From: an uncultured bacterium
GTDB lineage: Bacteria > Chlamydiota > Chlamydiia > Chlamydiales > SM23-39
Reading direction: 5' to 3'
DNA: 64,000 bases
Assembly (NCBI GenBank): GCA_964424735.1
Contig: CAYRJU010000001.1
Span: 3,653 to 67,652, forward strand
Shown: one piece after another, positions 35,261 to 43,890 of the stretch
Layout of the letters: each line of letters begins with the position of its first letter
How positions within the stretch are numbered: the first letter of the stretch is position 1
Notes under the pieces: model-generated
Told to the model about the DNA's origin: nothing
Databases searched by the model: none
The model's input: only the letters and a program-made list of their open reading frames with translations
Program-made: the position numbers and the translations under genes

Positions 35261-36127
35261 ATGGAGCTTTTCAAGGCGATTGACCACTTCTTGAATCATT
35301 TGCACCTTGCCAAAGACGTTTCAGAGCATACGTTGAGGGGGTATCGGATCGATCTCACGCAATTTTTGACTTTCACAGAAAAAGAAGAGGTCACCAAACG
35401 GACAATCCGGCGCTTCCTAGCCCATTTACATGAGAAAAAGGCCTCTTCTCGCACCATTTTGCGCAAAATCTCTGCACTCAGGAGTTTTTATAAGTATGCC
35501 CTCCGGGAAAAGTGGGTGGTAGAGAACCCAGTGGAAGAGATCGAGAGTCCTAAAAAAGAAAAAAAACTTCCCGTCTCAATCACCTATTCCCAAGTAGAGC
35601 TTCTCTTGAGTCAGCCCGATTTGACTCAAATTCTCGGCTTAAGGGACCGAGCCATCATGGAGCTCTTCTATAGCTCGGGGCTGCGCCTGAGTGAACTTTC
35701 CAATCTGAACCGACGCGATTTTGATGCGAAAAACCTTGTCCTCAATATCTTTGGTAAAGGCAAAAAGCAAAGGCAAACCCCCATCACGCAAACGGCGGCT
35801 GACTGGATCTTGCGCTATCTCCAACATGCCGAGCGGGAAGAAAAGGACAAAGAGGCCATCTTCCTCAATCACCAAGGAACGAGGCTCACGCCCCGCTCCA
35901 TCGATCGGAATTTCTCTCTCTATTTGAAAAAGAGCGGTCTTTCTGAAAAAGTGACGCCCCACACCATTCGCCATACCATTGCCACTCATTGGCTTGAGAA
36001 GGGAATGGATCTCAAGACCATTCAAATGCTTCTCGGTCACACATCGCTTTCAACAACAACGATTTACACTCATGTTTCCCCGAAGTTGAAGCGAGAGGTC
36101 TACGATAAAACGCATCCGCGCGCTTAA
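35261..36127 (+). CDS. XerC/XerD-family tyrosine recombinase
   Basis: N-terminal SAM-like domain (TLRGYRIDLTQF). C-terminal HTIRHTIATH...LLGHTSLSTTTIYTHV with the catalytic Tyr. Confidence 0.9.
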   Translation: MELFKAIDHFLNHLHLAKDVSEHTLRGYRIDLTQFLTFTEKEEVTKRTIRRFLAHLHEKKASSRTILRKISALRSFYKYALREKWVVENPVEEIESPKKEKKLPVSITYSQVELLLSQPDLTQILGLRDRAIMELFYSSGLRLSELSNLNRRDFDAKNLVLNIFGKGKKQRQTPITQTAADWILRYLQHAEREEKDKEAIFLNHQGTRLTPRSIDRNFSLYLKKSGLSEKVTPHTIRHTIATHWLEKGMDLKTIQMLLGHTSLSTTTIYTHVSPKLKREVYDKTHPRA

Positions 36128-36185
36128 AGAAAACATTTTACAATATTTTCCCTCTATTTTATGGAGAAATTAGAAGAGGTACAAT

Positions 36186-37415
36186 ATGTTCAAAAAAGTT
36201 TTCTCCATTCTCGTAATTGGGTTATGGGTGATTTCGGGTGCTGCGGACAACACGATGAAGCCCGCAGGGCAGTGCGCTCCTAGCCAAAAGGTAGAGCCAA
36301 GGCCATCCTGTCCGGCGCCTTGTCCAAAACCCGAGGCAAAACCTTGCCCCGCGCCAAAACCTGAATCGCCAAAACCTTGTCCACCAAAACCCGCTTGCAA
36401 GCCGAAACAGTGTGCAGCTCCCTGTCCACCGAAACCTTGCTGCAATCCACCGCCGCCCTGCTGCTGGAAATTCAATCCTTGCAATCCCAAGGGATGCACC
36501 AATATGAACTACGACGGGTTTTATCTCACTGCCGATTTTCTTTATTGGAGAGCCGAAAACCAGGGCTTTAGCTATGCCTACGAGTTCACCGATGAGATCT
36601 TCAATATAGGTAAAATCAACCGGATTGATCCGAATTGGGAGCCTGCGTTTCGCGTGGGAGCTGGCTGGAATACAATGTATGATTTCTGGGACATCTTTTT
36701 GAATTATACTTGGTATCGAAACACGGCAAGTACTACGAGGACGAGCGAACTTGGATTTGTTCCTCTTTGGCCCTTTTCCTCTTCAGAAGTAGCCATATTT
36801 GATACGGCTTTTGCAAAATCTCGGTTTTCTTTGAACATTGGAGATTTGGAAATTGGGCGCATGATCTATCTGACCCAATCGGTTTCAATTCGTCCTCATT
36901 GGGGAGCGAGAGGAGGCACGATCCATCAAAAATTCAACAATCAGTTCCTGGGACCTATGCCGGAAGAACTGGTTGAAGAGCAGATCTTCAGTGGCAAAAA
37001 CAACTACTGGGGGGTTGGTCCTCGCACGGGGGTATCTGGAGAGTGGCACCTGGCTCATGGATTTAGTCTTCTTGGGAAGTTAGCTGGAGCTCTGCTCTAT
37101 GGAAAAACCGATGTGCACTCTAAGACAGATCAGCTCTTTCTTGATGAAACAGAGTTTACCCCTTTCAATGAGTATGCAGATGATTTTTATCAGCTCGTGC
37201 CCAACATGCAACTTGCCCTTGGATTCCAGTGGCAAACTTGCTTTTGGTGTGAAAAGATGTTCTTCAAGATGAGCGCTGCTTGGGAAGCCAACTACTGGTG
37301 GAATCAGTTCAATCTGCCTGTAGCCATCGATACTTTCATAGCTCCCTTGCCAACCACTGGGGGGCAACCGCTCACGATGGAGGGCTTGACTGTAAACTTC
37401 GAATTGGATTTCTAG
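36186..37415 (+). CDS. MOMP-like outer membrane porin with N-terminal Cys/Pro-rich extension
   Basis: Signal peptide, then a CP(A/P)PKP-type Cys/Pro-rich stretch of about 75 aa, then GFYLTADFLYWRAENQGFSYAY and a beta-barrel-like alternating pattern ending in ...NFELDF. Confidence 0.75.
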   Translation: MFKKVFSILVIGLWVISGAADNTMKPAGQCAPSQKVEPRPSCPAPCPKPEAKPCPAPKPESPKPCPPKPACKPKQCAAPCPPKPCCNPPPPCCWKFNPCNPKGCTNMNYDGFYLTADFLYWRAENQGFSYAYEFTDEIFNIGKINRIDPNWEPAFRVGAGWNTMYDFWDIFLNYTWYRNTASTTRTSELGFVPLWPFSSSEVAIFDTAFAKSRFSLNIGDLEIGRMIYLTQSVSIRPHWGARGGTIHQKFNNQFLGPMPEELVEEQIFSGKNNYWGVGPRTGVSGEWHLAHGFSLLGKLAGALLYGKTDVHSKTDQLFLDETEFTPFNEYADDFYQLVPNMQLALGFQWQTCFWCEKMFFKMSAAWEANYWWNQFNLPVAIDTFIAPLPTTGGQPLTMEGLTVNFELDF

Positions 37416-37485
37416 AGAAGTCTTTTTCTTAAATAATGCCCCGTTTCCGAAGAACCTATCCAAGGAAAATTTGGGGGTGATTTTT

Positions 37486-37591
37486 GCGTCAAAGCCCGTA
37501 GAATCAACGATCGCAAGTTGATCCGTATTGAATTAATACGAATCAACTTGCGAGCTATTCGCGCATCGTCGATTCTACGGAGCTTTCACGC
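37486..37591. repeat. 106-bp imperfect palindrome
   Basis: gcgtcaaagcccgtagaatcaacgatcgcaagttgatccgtattgaatt pairs with aattaatacgaatcaacttgcgag...tcgtcgattctacggagctttcacgc. The right arm carries a 12-nt insertion. Confidence 0.8.
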
Positions 37592-37684
37592 TCAAAATTC
37601 GCAGACATCTTTTAGAGCTTTGAAAAGAGTCATTGACGCCAGAAATTCAAAATTTTAAGATCAGAGGATCTGTTGGAGGTGTTT

Positions 37685-37969
37685 ATGAAATTCTCAATGA
37701 TCTTTCTTTCCTTATTCTGCTGTTTTGCATCGCTGTATTGCACAGAACAAGTTGAAGACAAAATTTATCTCACGAATGAACAGGTCTCTATTCAAGATCA
37801 GCAGTTATTTGTATTCGTTGAGAACCAATGGAGGCCTACGAATGCCCTTTTTTCTGATGGAAATGGGGTCTATATTCTCGCAAGAAGTTGGTACGAACCT
37901 TGGGAATGTAGTTTCTGCGGAGCGGTCAATCCTCCTCATCGGTTTGTTTGCTGGAATTGTGGCAGGTGA
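37685..37969 (+). CDS. Small signal-peptide protein with C-terminal RanBP2-type zinc finger
   Basis: ggaggtg RBS. WECSFCGAVNPPHRFVCWNCG fits W-x-C-x2-C-x3-N-x6-C-x2-C exactly. Confidence 0.7.
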   Translation: MKFSMIFLSLFCCFASLYCTEQVEDKIYLTNEQVSIQDQQLFVFVENQWRPTNALFSDGNGVYILARSWYEPWECSFCGAVNPPHRFVCWNCGR

Positions 37970-38790
37970 AAAAGTATATCTGGGTACTTCTTGCCGTTTT
38001 GACTGTAGTTTGGGAATGGAAGAATTCTCAAAGTGTTGCCATCAAAACGCCTGCCGGTGAAATCTGTATTCCAAAGAGAGATAAAAAGCGTCTCGAGTAT
38101 CTATTTAAAGAGCTCGTTGTCTACCATTCGGCAGGGTATACTTTATTGGGGCATAAACCCATCTCTTTCGACTGTTTTTTCAGACCTACTTTCGACTGGT
38201 CTTTTCTACATCTTTGGCATACTTTTTTTCCTTCAAATCTAAAAAAATACCAGGCTTGGAAAACGTGGCAAAAATACGCACATCTCTTCAATCAAGGGAA
38301 TATTCTGATTTGGTCTGAGCCAAGTCCCTGGATAGAAAATGGGCAATTGATCGTTATTGCAAACAAAAGGGAAGTAGACAGAGTCCTTCGAGAAAATATA
38401 ACGGATTTCTCTTCCATGCAGAATCTAGAATTAAAAACTCTTTTTAAAGAATCGCTTCAGAAGCATGATGGGTTTTTGGGAACCTTGTTGGGATACGGTC
38501 GAGAAAATGCGTGGCTTTTCTATCAGAGAGAACACAACCTATTGAAACCAGTTTTTTCCGAAGAACTCCACCAACTTTTTGAAAGTAAGAACGCCTCCCT
38601 TCATTATTCGTTTGCTTGGCCAGACGTGAACATGTCTGAAATTTTGATGTATCCAAGTTTTATGGCCGATATGACCTCTTCGGAAACTCAGAGGTTAAAA
38701 ACGGAGTATTTACAGAATCGACAACAGATCATCGACTTTTATGAAGGGAAAGACTTCTTAGAAGCGACCTTCTCATTAATAAATCTATAG
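37966..38790 (+). CDS. Hypothetical protein with N-terminal TM/signal anchor
   Basis: The GTG start overlaps the upstream stop (GTGA), giving VKKYIWVLLAVLTVVW. The alternative start is 37948. Confidence 0.55.
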   Translation: MKKYIWVLLAVLTVVWEWKNSQSVAIKTPAGEICIPKRDKKRLEYLFKELVVYHSAGYTLLGHKPISFDCFFRPTFDWSFLHLWHTFFPSNLKKYQAWKTWQKYAHLFNQGNILIWSEPSPWIENGQLIVIANKREVDRVLRENITDFSSMQNLELKTLFKESLQKHDGFLGTLLGYGRENAWLFYQREHNLLKPVFSEELHQLFESKNASLHYSFAWPDVNMSEILMYPSFMADMTSSETQRLKTEYLQNRQQIIDFYEGKDFLEATFSLINL

Positions 38791-38807
38791 AGGCAATTGC
38801 AAAACTC

Positions 38808-39043
38808 AAAGGATGACGGTTCGCGAGGCGAACCTAATGATTCGCAAAGTCTAGAGACGGGCTAGAGCAGGATAAGAAGAAGGGGCCGCCGGAAGCAAAA
38901 CGAAGTTTTGCAGCAGCGCCAAAGGCGCTGCACCGACTTCTAGTCGGTCCCGGCGGCCCTGTTTCCTCCTCCGTTTCTTGGGAGTTCGGGGCCTCCCCCG
39001 ACTTTGCACATCCTTTGGTTCGCCCTACGAACCGTCATCCTTT
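38808..39043. repeat. 236-bp imperfect palindrome with nested small hairpins
   Basis: The outer 16-bp stem aaaggatgacggttcg/cgaaccgtcatccttt is perfect. The arms are partly complementary. The centre holds three short hairpins (gcaaaacgaagttttgc, cagcgccaaaggcgctg, ccgacttctagtcgg). Confidence 0.85.
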
Positions 39044-39215
39044 AAAAAATATGGCTAAAAATATGGGTTTCTAATAAAATTTTAATTGCGAAAAAGTAAA
39101 ATTTGAATGGAACCCAAAGAATAATGAGATCAATATGGCTTTATTGCGCAATTTCCCCCAAGTAGGATAGTTGCCTAGCCGCTACTTAATAAACTTGCAC
39201 CTTACGGAGGATGTC

Positions 39216-39561
39216 ATGACATACCAAGCAGCACCAACTGGTACCGTATTTATAGCCGCTATTGTTGTTTCCCCCCCCGCCGCCGCCTGTCTCATATAGC
39301 GGGCCCACTTCAACAGAGCGGACTTCTCTAACTTCAGGGCGTAAAGTATGCGTCTGTGTTCCAACTAAAAGGCAGCTTTTCTTTACGACTTTAGCTTACT
39401 TAGCTATTGCTGGGGCAGCAATAGCCATAGGAGCTACCGCGAATCGGGATCAGGGCCCTGGGCAACTCTACGCCGGATGGGGCATAGTCTTAGCCGCATC
39501 TGTTGTCTATCTGGCGCTGCTAAGATGTTATTTTGGGATTCCCCTGTGCCGGAATTGCTAA
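39216..39561 (+). CDS. Possible small bilobed-hydrophobic (Inc-like) membrane protein split by a C8 homopolymer
   Basis: ggagga RBS plus ATG 39216 opens a 27-codon frame that stops at 39297-39299. The -1 C variant of the C8 run (39271-39278) would fuse it to the 39262-39561 ORF, which carries two hydrophobic lobes. Confidence 0.3.
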
Positions 39562-39683
39562 TAATAGGCTCAAGGGGTTGATCTCGTCGAATGAACCGTG
39601 GTCAGCAAAGCTGCCACTCGCACCTGGCCTCAAAATCATCGATTTTTATGGACAAAGCAGTTTTGCAACTACCTCTATAAAAA

Positions 39684-40006
39684 AGCGGGGTGACGGTAAG
39701 CCGGATTCTGTCGAGAACCATCATTCTTCTAGGAAACCTGTTGCCAGATTTCTCGAGCGGTCAGCTTTGGAGTCAGACGCGCAAAGGGGGCGCTATCCAG
39801 TTTCGACCTTGCTTCGGATAGGGTTTACAACGTCTCCGGTTTCCCGAGAGTCCGATCGAGTCAACAACTCGAACTTTTCAACCTTAAGGTATAGTCTCTG
39901 TTGCACTTTCCGTCATCTTTCGATGCCCAGCCGTTAGCTGGTATCCTCCCTTGTGAAGTCCAGACTTTCCTCACCGTGAAAAAGCGGTGCGATGGCCTGT
40001 CACCCC
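39684..40006 (-). ncRNA. rnpB: RNase P RNA (bacterial type A), compact
   Basis: On the minus strand: GAGGAAAGTCTGGACTTCACAAGGGAGGATACCAGCTAACGGCTGGG, GACGGAAAGTGCAACAGAGA, GTAAACCC...GCAAGGTCGAAA and ACAGAATCCGGCTTACCGTCACCCC. The P1 stem is GGGGTGAC/GTCACCCC, followed by a T6 run. Confidence 0.9.
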
Positions 40007-40017
40007 AGAAAATAAAT

Positions 40018-40785
40018 TTAAACGCCCGCAGTGCGGCGGCGGCGCCGTTTTGTCGAGGCGGCTGTTCCTTCGACTTCCTCGCTCTCTTGCCAATAGTGGA
40101 TGCGTGAGCAGTGTTCGCAGAAGGTGAGCCTCTCGCCTTTGCGCACTACGTTCTCGTGCTGTGCGGTGAGAGCGATGTGGCAACCCGAGCAAGTTCGGTT
40201 TTCAATCGGAACGACGACTCGATCCTTTTTATTGTTGAGCAGTCTCTGATAGATGCGCAAAATGTCTGATTCGGCCGTTTTCGCAAGCTCTTCTCGAGCA
40301 GCTTTCAACTCGGTCCCTTCTTGATTGATGAGCCGGATGCTCTCTCGGATCTCATTTTCCAAGTTGCGGCTGCTCTCTTCGGATTGGACGAGCGATTCCT
40401 TAATTTTTCCGAGAATCTCTTCTTCGAGGTTTCTCTTGTCGATGAGATCGCTCGTAATTTGCTCGGTGGCAATTCGCTCCCTTTCTGAAGTGGTCATTTC
40501 CTGGGTCAAAGCGTTGAATTCATCCACTTTTTTGACCGTGTTCTGTTTCGCCTCGAGCTTTTTAAGCCGATCTTTGATCTCTCCAATTTTTTCCTCTTGA
40601 GCGGCGATATTTCGGCTCAGCTCTGCAATTTCTTGCTCTTTTTCTTTTTGCTGCTGGTGCAGTTCCTGGCGCAGAGAGTCGATGTGTTCTAGTTCCTTGG
40701 AGCGCTCTCTTTTCAGGCGCATCAGACGGATCATCTTCATGTCGAATTCTTGAATATCTAAAATGACTTTTAGGTTTTGCCGCAT
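40018..40785 (-). CDS. Coiled-coil protein with C-terminal C4 zinc ribbon (COG1579-like)
   Basis: Long heptad-rich region, then CSGCHIAL...FCEHCSRIHYW. Confidence 0.8.
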   Translation of the reverse strand: MRQNLKVILDIQEFDMKMIRLMRLKRERSKELEHIDSLRQELHQQQKEKEQEIAELSRNIAAQEEKIGEIKDRLKKLEAKQNTVKKVDEFNALTQEMTTSERERIATEQITSDLIDKRNLEEEILGKIKESLVQSEESSRNLENEIRESIRLINQEGTELKAAREELAKTAESDILRIYQRLLNNKKDRVVVPIENRTCSGCHIALTAQHENVVRKGERLTFCEHCSRIHYWQESEEVEGTAASTKRRRRRTAGV

Positions 40786-40833
40786 CTATGACCTCTGGAA
40801 AATAATCGGATTGTTGGGGATACTATAATATTT

Positions 40834-42357
40834 ATGAGCCAAATGAATCAAGCACTTCCTATCAGGAGTCAAGAAATGGCCTATTTAAAGAATTATTTTG
40901 CCAAAATCCCCGAAAAATCGCGCACGCCAGCAGCGATTGCCTACATGGCTTCTCTCGATGCAATCGGGGCCTCTTCCCCCTCTATTGCCCAAGCGATTGT
41001 CCAGGAGCTGAAGGATCAAAGAAGCCACTTAAAACTCATCGCTTCTGAAAATTTTTGTTCACTTCCCGTGCAACTAGCCATGGGCAATCTCCTCACCGAC
41101 AAGTATAGTGAAGGGTTTGTGGGGCACCGGTTCTATGCCGGCTGTGAAAACGTAGATGCGGTGGAAGGGGAGGCAGCCGAATGGGCGAAAAAAGTTTTTA
41201 ATGCACAGCACGCCTACGTGCAGCCCCACTCGGGAGCCGACGCCAATTTGGTGGCTTTTTGGGCAATTCTGGTCCAACGGATCCAATCCAAAGAAGTGGA
41301 AGCGCTTGGGAAGAAAAGTGTCGATGAACTGAGTCCAGAAGAGTATGAGCGGGTCCGCCAGCTTCTCGTGAGCCAAAAAGTGATGGGGATGGATCTGGGA
41401 AGCGGGGGGCACTTGACCCATGGCTATCGGCACAATATTTCGGCTAAAATCTTTCAGTCGGTGAGCTACGGCGTGAGTGAAAAAACGGGGCTGATCGACT
41501 ACAAAGAGCTCGAAGCGGCAGTAAAAAGAGAAAAACCGCTTATTCTCATTGCGGGCTATTCGGCGTATCCCCGTCTTCTCGATTTTGCCAAGATGCGCGA
41601 AATTGCAGATCAAGTGGGCGCGACCCTCATGGTCGACATGGCCCATTTCGCGGGGCTCGTCGCAGGGAAAGTGATGAAGGGAAATTACAATCCGATCCCC
41701 TTCGCTCATATCGTGACTTCTACGACGCATAAAACGCTGAGAGGGCCCAGAGGAGGGCTCGTTCTCTCAACGGATGAATATCGAGAGGTGGTCAATAAAG
41801 GGTGTCCCATTGTCTTGGGGGGACCTTTGCCCCATGTGATGGCGGCAAAAGCTCTCGCTTTCAAAGAGGCGGCTTCTCCCGCATTTAGCCAATATGCCCA
41901 TCAAATTGTGGAAAACGCCCAGCATCTCGCCAATGCCCTGATAGGACTCGGTGTTGAAGTGCTGACCCGGGGGACAGATAACCATCTTCTCGTCCTAGAT
42001 GTAGCAAAAACTTTTGGTCTTACGGGAAGGCAGGCCGAAACCGTATTGAGGGAAGCTAGACTCACCGTCAATCGAAACATGATCCCGAAAGATGCGAATG
42101 GTCCCTGGTACACTTCTGGCGTTCGGATCGGGACCCCTGCCACCACCACTTTGGGCATGAAAGCGCCTCAGATGAAAGAGATCGCCTCTATCATCTACGA
42201 TTTATTGAGGGAGGCAAAACCTGCCGATGATCCGAAAACGGGAGGGCTTTCTCGAGCCAAAACGCATGTGCCTCCCCGGGCCATCGATCGGGCTCGGGCG
42301 AGGGCCGCAGACGTCTTGCGTGAATTTCCCCTTTACCCCGAGCTCATGATTGATTAA
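40834..42357 (+). CDS. glyA: Serine hydroxymethyltransferase
   Basis: LIASENF, the PLP-lysine motif TSTTHKTLRGPRGG, and 507 aa with the extended termini seen in chlamydial GlyA. Confidence 0.97.
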   Translation: MSQMNQALPIRSQEMAYLKNYFAKIPEKSRTPAAIAYMASLDAIGASSPSIAQAIVQELKDQRSHLKLIASENFCSLPVQLAMGNLLTDKYSEGFVGHRFYAGCENVDAVEGEAAEWAKKVFNAQHAYVQPHSGADANLVAFWAILVQRIQSKEVEALGKKSVDELSPEEYERVRQLLVSQKVMGMDLGSGGHLTHGYRHNISAKIFQSVSYGVSEKTGLIDYKELEAAVKREKPLILIAGYSAYPRLLDFAKMREIADQVGATLMVDMAHFAGLVAGKVMKGNYNPIPFAHIVTSTTHKTLRGPRGGLVLSTDEYREVVNKGCPIVLGGPLPHVMAAKALAFKEAASPAFSQYAHQIVENAQHLANALIGLGVEVLTRGTDNHLLVLDVAKTFGLTGRQAETVLREARLTVNRNMIPKDANGPWYTSGVRIGTPATTTLGMKAPQMKEIASIIYDLLREAKPADDPKTGGLSRAKTHVPPRAIDRARARAADVLREFPLYPELMID

Positions 42358-42526
42358 GAGACAGTTAACGGAATTTGCAAGTGTCGAATTCTTAAGTATT
42401 TTTGATGAGATTCGGTTTCTCCTTGTGGGCGGCATATGCCGGCAGCTCCATAGCTCCCACGAGGAGGGACCGAATATCGCAAAAAGACTTAAGAATTCGA
42501 CCTTGCAAATTCCGTTAGCAGTCTCT
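42357..42526. repeat. 170-bp imperfect palindrome (arms about 80 nt)
   Basis: agagacagttaacggaatttgcaagtgtcgaattcttaagt... pairs with ...acttaagaattcgaccttgcaaattccgttagcagtctct. It starts at the last base of the glyA stop codon. Confidence 0.85.
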
Positions 42527-42551
42527 AAACTAACATAAAAGGGAGTGTAAT

Positions 42552-43154
42552 ATGGCAGAAGGTAATCGCGAAGATCAACCTAAGTATGTGAATGATAAGC
42601 TAGAATTCGCGCAACTTGAAAAAAGACGTATTTTTCTCGCAGATGCGGTCGATTCTGACAGCGCGAAAGACATCATTCGCAAGCTCTGGTATCTCGACCA
42701 TCAGGCTCCAGGGAAGCCCATTCTATTCGTCATCAATTCTCCGGGTGGATCGGTCGATTCGGGATTTGCCATCTGGGATCAAATTAAGTTGATCCAATCG
42801 CCTGTCATTACGCTGGTATCTGGCCTTGCCGCCTCGATGGGATCTGTGCTCAGTCTCGTGTCGGGAAAGGGCAAAAGGCTCGCGACGCCCAACTCGAGGA
42901 TCATGATCCACCAGCCGCTCATTGGCGGAGTGATCCGAGGCCAAGCCACCGATCTAGAAATCCAAGCCAAAGAGATGCTCAAAACCCGCTCTCAAATCGT
43001 CGATGTCTATGTCGATGCTACGGGAAAAGATCGAAAAATCATCGAAAAGGCGATCGATCGGGACAATTGGATGACGGCAGAAGAGGCCAAGCAGTTTGGG
43101 TTGCTCGATAAAATCGTCACCTCGATGAAAGATGTCGAAGCTCTTCTTCGTTAA
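42552..43154 (+). CDS. clpP: ATP-dependent Clp protease proteolytic subunit
   Basis: [16 protein letters not shown] (Ser), RIMIHQP (His), and the downstream Asp region. Confidence 0.95.
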   Translation: MAEGNREDQPKYVNDKLEFAQLEKRRIFLADAVDSDSAKDIIRKLWYLDHQAPGKPILFVINSPGGSVDSGFAIWDQIKLIQSPVITLVSGLAASMGSVLSLVSGKGKRLATPNSRIMIHQPLIGGVIRGQATDLEIQAKEMLKTRSQIVDVYVDATGKDRKIIEKAIDRDNWMTAEEAKQFGLLDKIVTSMKDVEALLR

Positions 43155-43890
43155 GTATCAAGGCGCGGGCAATGATTTTATCCTCATTGATGACCGCGCC
43201 CCCCATTTTTCTCCTCATCTCGTCCCCAAACTCTGCCACCGGAAGTTCGGCATTGGCGCCGATGGGGTGATTCTATTGCAAACATCCGATTTGGCTGACT
43301 TTCGCATGCGCATCTACAACGCAGATGGGGGAGAGGCTGAAGGATGCGGGAATGGCCTTCGCTGTCTCGTGAAGTTTCTACCTGAGCTGGGGTTTCCCAA
43401 AAAGAGCTATCGCATCGCCATGGGAAAAAGAGTCATAGAGGCCCAGTTTGTAGGGGAACAAATCGCCCTCGACATGGGGATGGCTACCCATCTCAAAAGA
43501 TTACAAATCGAAGGCTATGAAGTTCATTCGCTCAATACAGGCGTTCCGCACGCAGTTGTGTTCACCGAAGAAAAGCTCGAGAGTTTGGGTCCCTTTTTGC
43601 AAAACCATCCGGCCTTTGCTCCTGAGAAAACCAATGTCAATGTAGCCTATCTCGAAAAGGACCACATCCGGGTGCGCACATTTGAGCGCGGGGTGGGAGA
43701 AACGCTTGCTTGTGGAACGGGCGCCGCTGCGGTTGGCTTTATCGCCTCAACACAATCCCTACTGCCCAATCCCATTCGCATCTGTATGCCGGGCGGAGAT
43801 CTCCATATCGAGGTCAAAGAAAGCGGCATTCGGCTGATCGGCGACGCCCTCAAAGTCTTTGAAGGGGTTTATACCATCTATCAAAAATAA
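43132..43890 (+). CDS. dapF: Diaminopimelate epimerase
   Basis: [13 protein letters not shown] and the two catalytic Cys motifs GCGNG and ACGTGA. Confidence 0.92.
   Translation: MSKLFFVKYQGAGNDFILIDDRAPHFSPHLVPKLCHRKFGIGADGVILLQTSDLADFRMRIYNADGGEAEGCGNGLRCLVKFLPELGFPKKSYRIAMGKRVIEAQFVGEQIALDMGMATHLKRLQIEGYEVHSLNTGVPHAVVFTEEKLESLGPFLQNHPAFAPEKTNVNVAYLEKDHIRVRTFERGVGETLACGTGAAAVGFIASTQSLLPNPIRICMPGGDLHIEVKESGIRLIGDALKVFEGVYTIYQK

Noticed and set aside
36170-36502. 110-aa Gly-rich ORF antisense to the porin gene
   Set aside because: It is the reverse complement of the Cys/Pro-rich (CCN/TGY) module. It has no independent support.
38808-39043. Considered tmRNA, 6S RNA or SRP RNA identity for the 236-bp structured palindrome
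   Set aside because: It has no tRNA-like acceptor/T-arm ends and no tag ORF (tmRNA). It lacks the GGAAGCAGCC-type SRP motif. 6S RNA cannot be excluded, but the three central hairpins and near-symmetric arms do not fit the single large central bubble. It is left as an unexplained element.
39533-40192. ORFs 39533-39937 (+), 39901-40107 (+) and 39971-40192 (-)
   Set aside because: They overlap the RNase P RNA gene or the 3' end of the zinc-ribbon gene. rnpB is supported by all universal sequence blocks.
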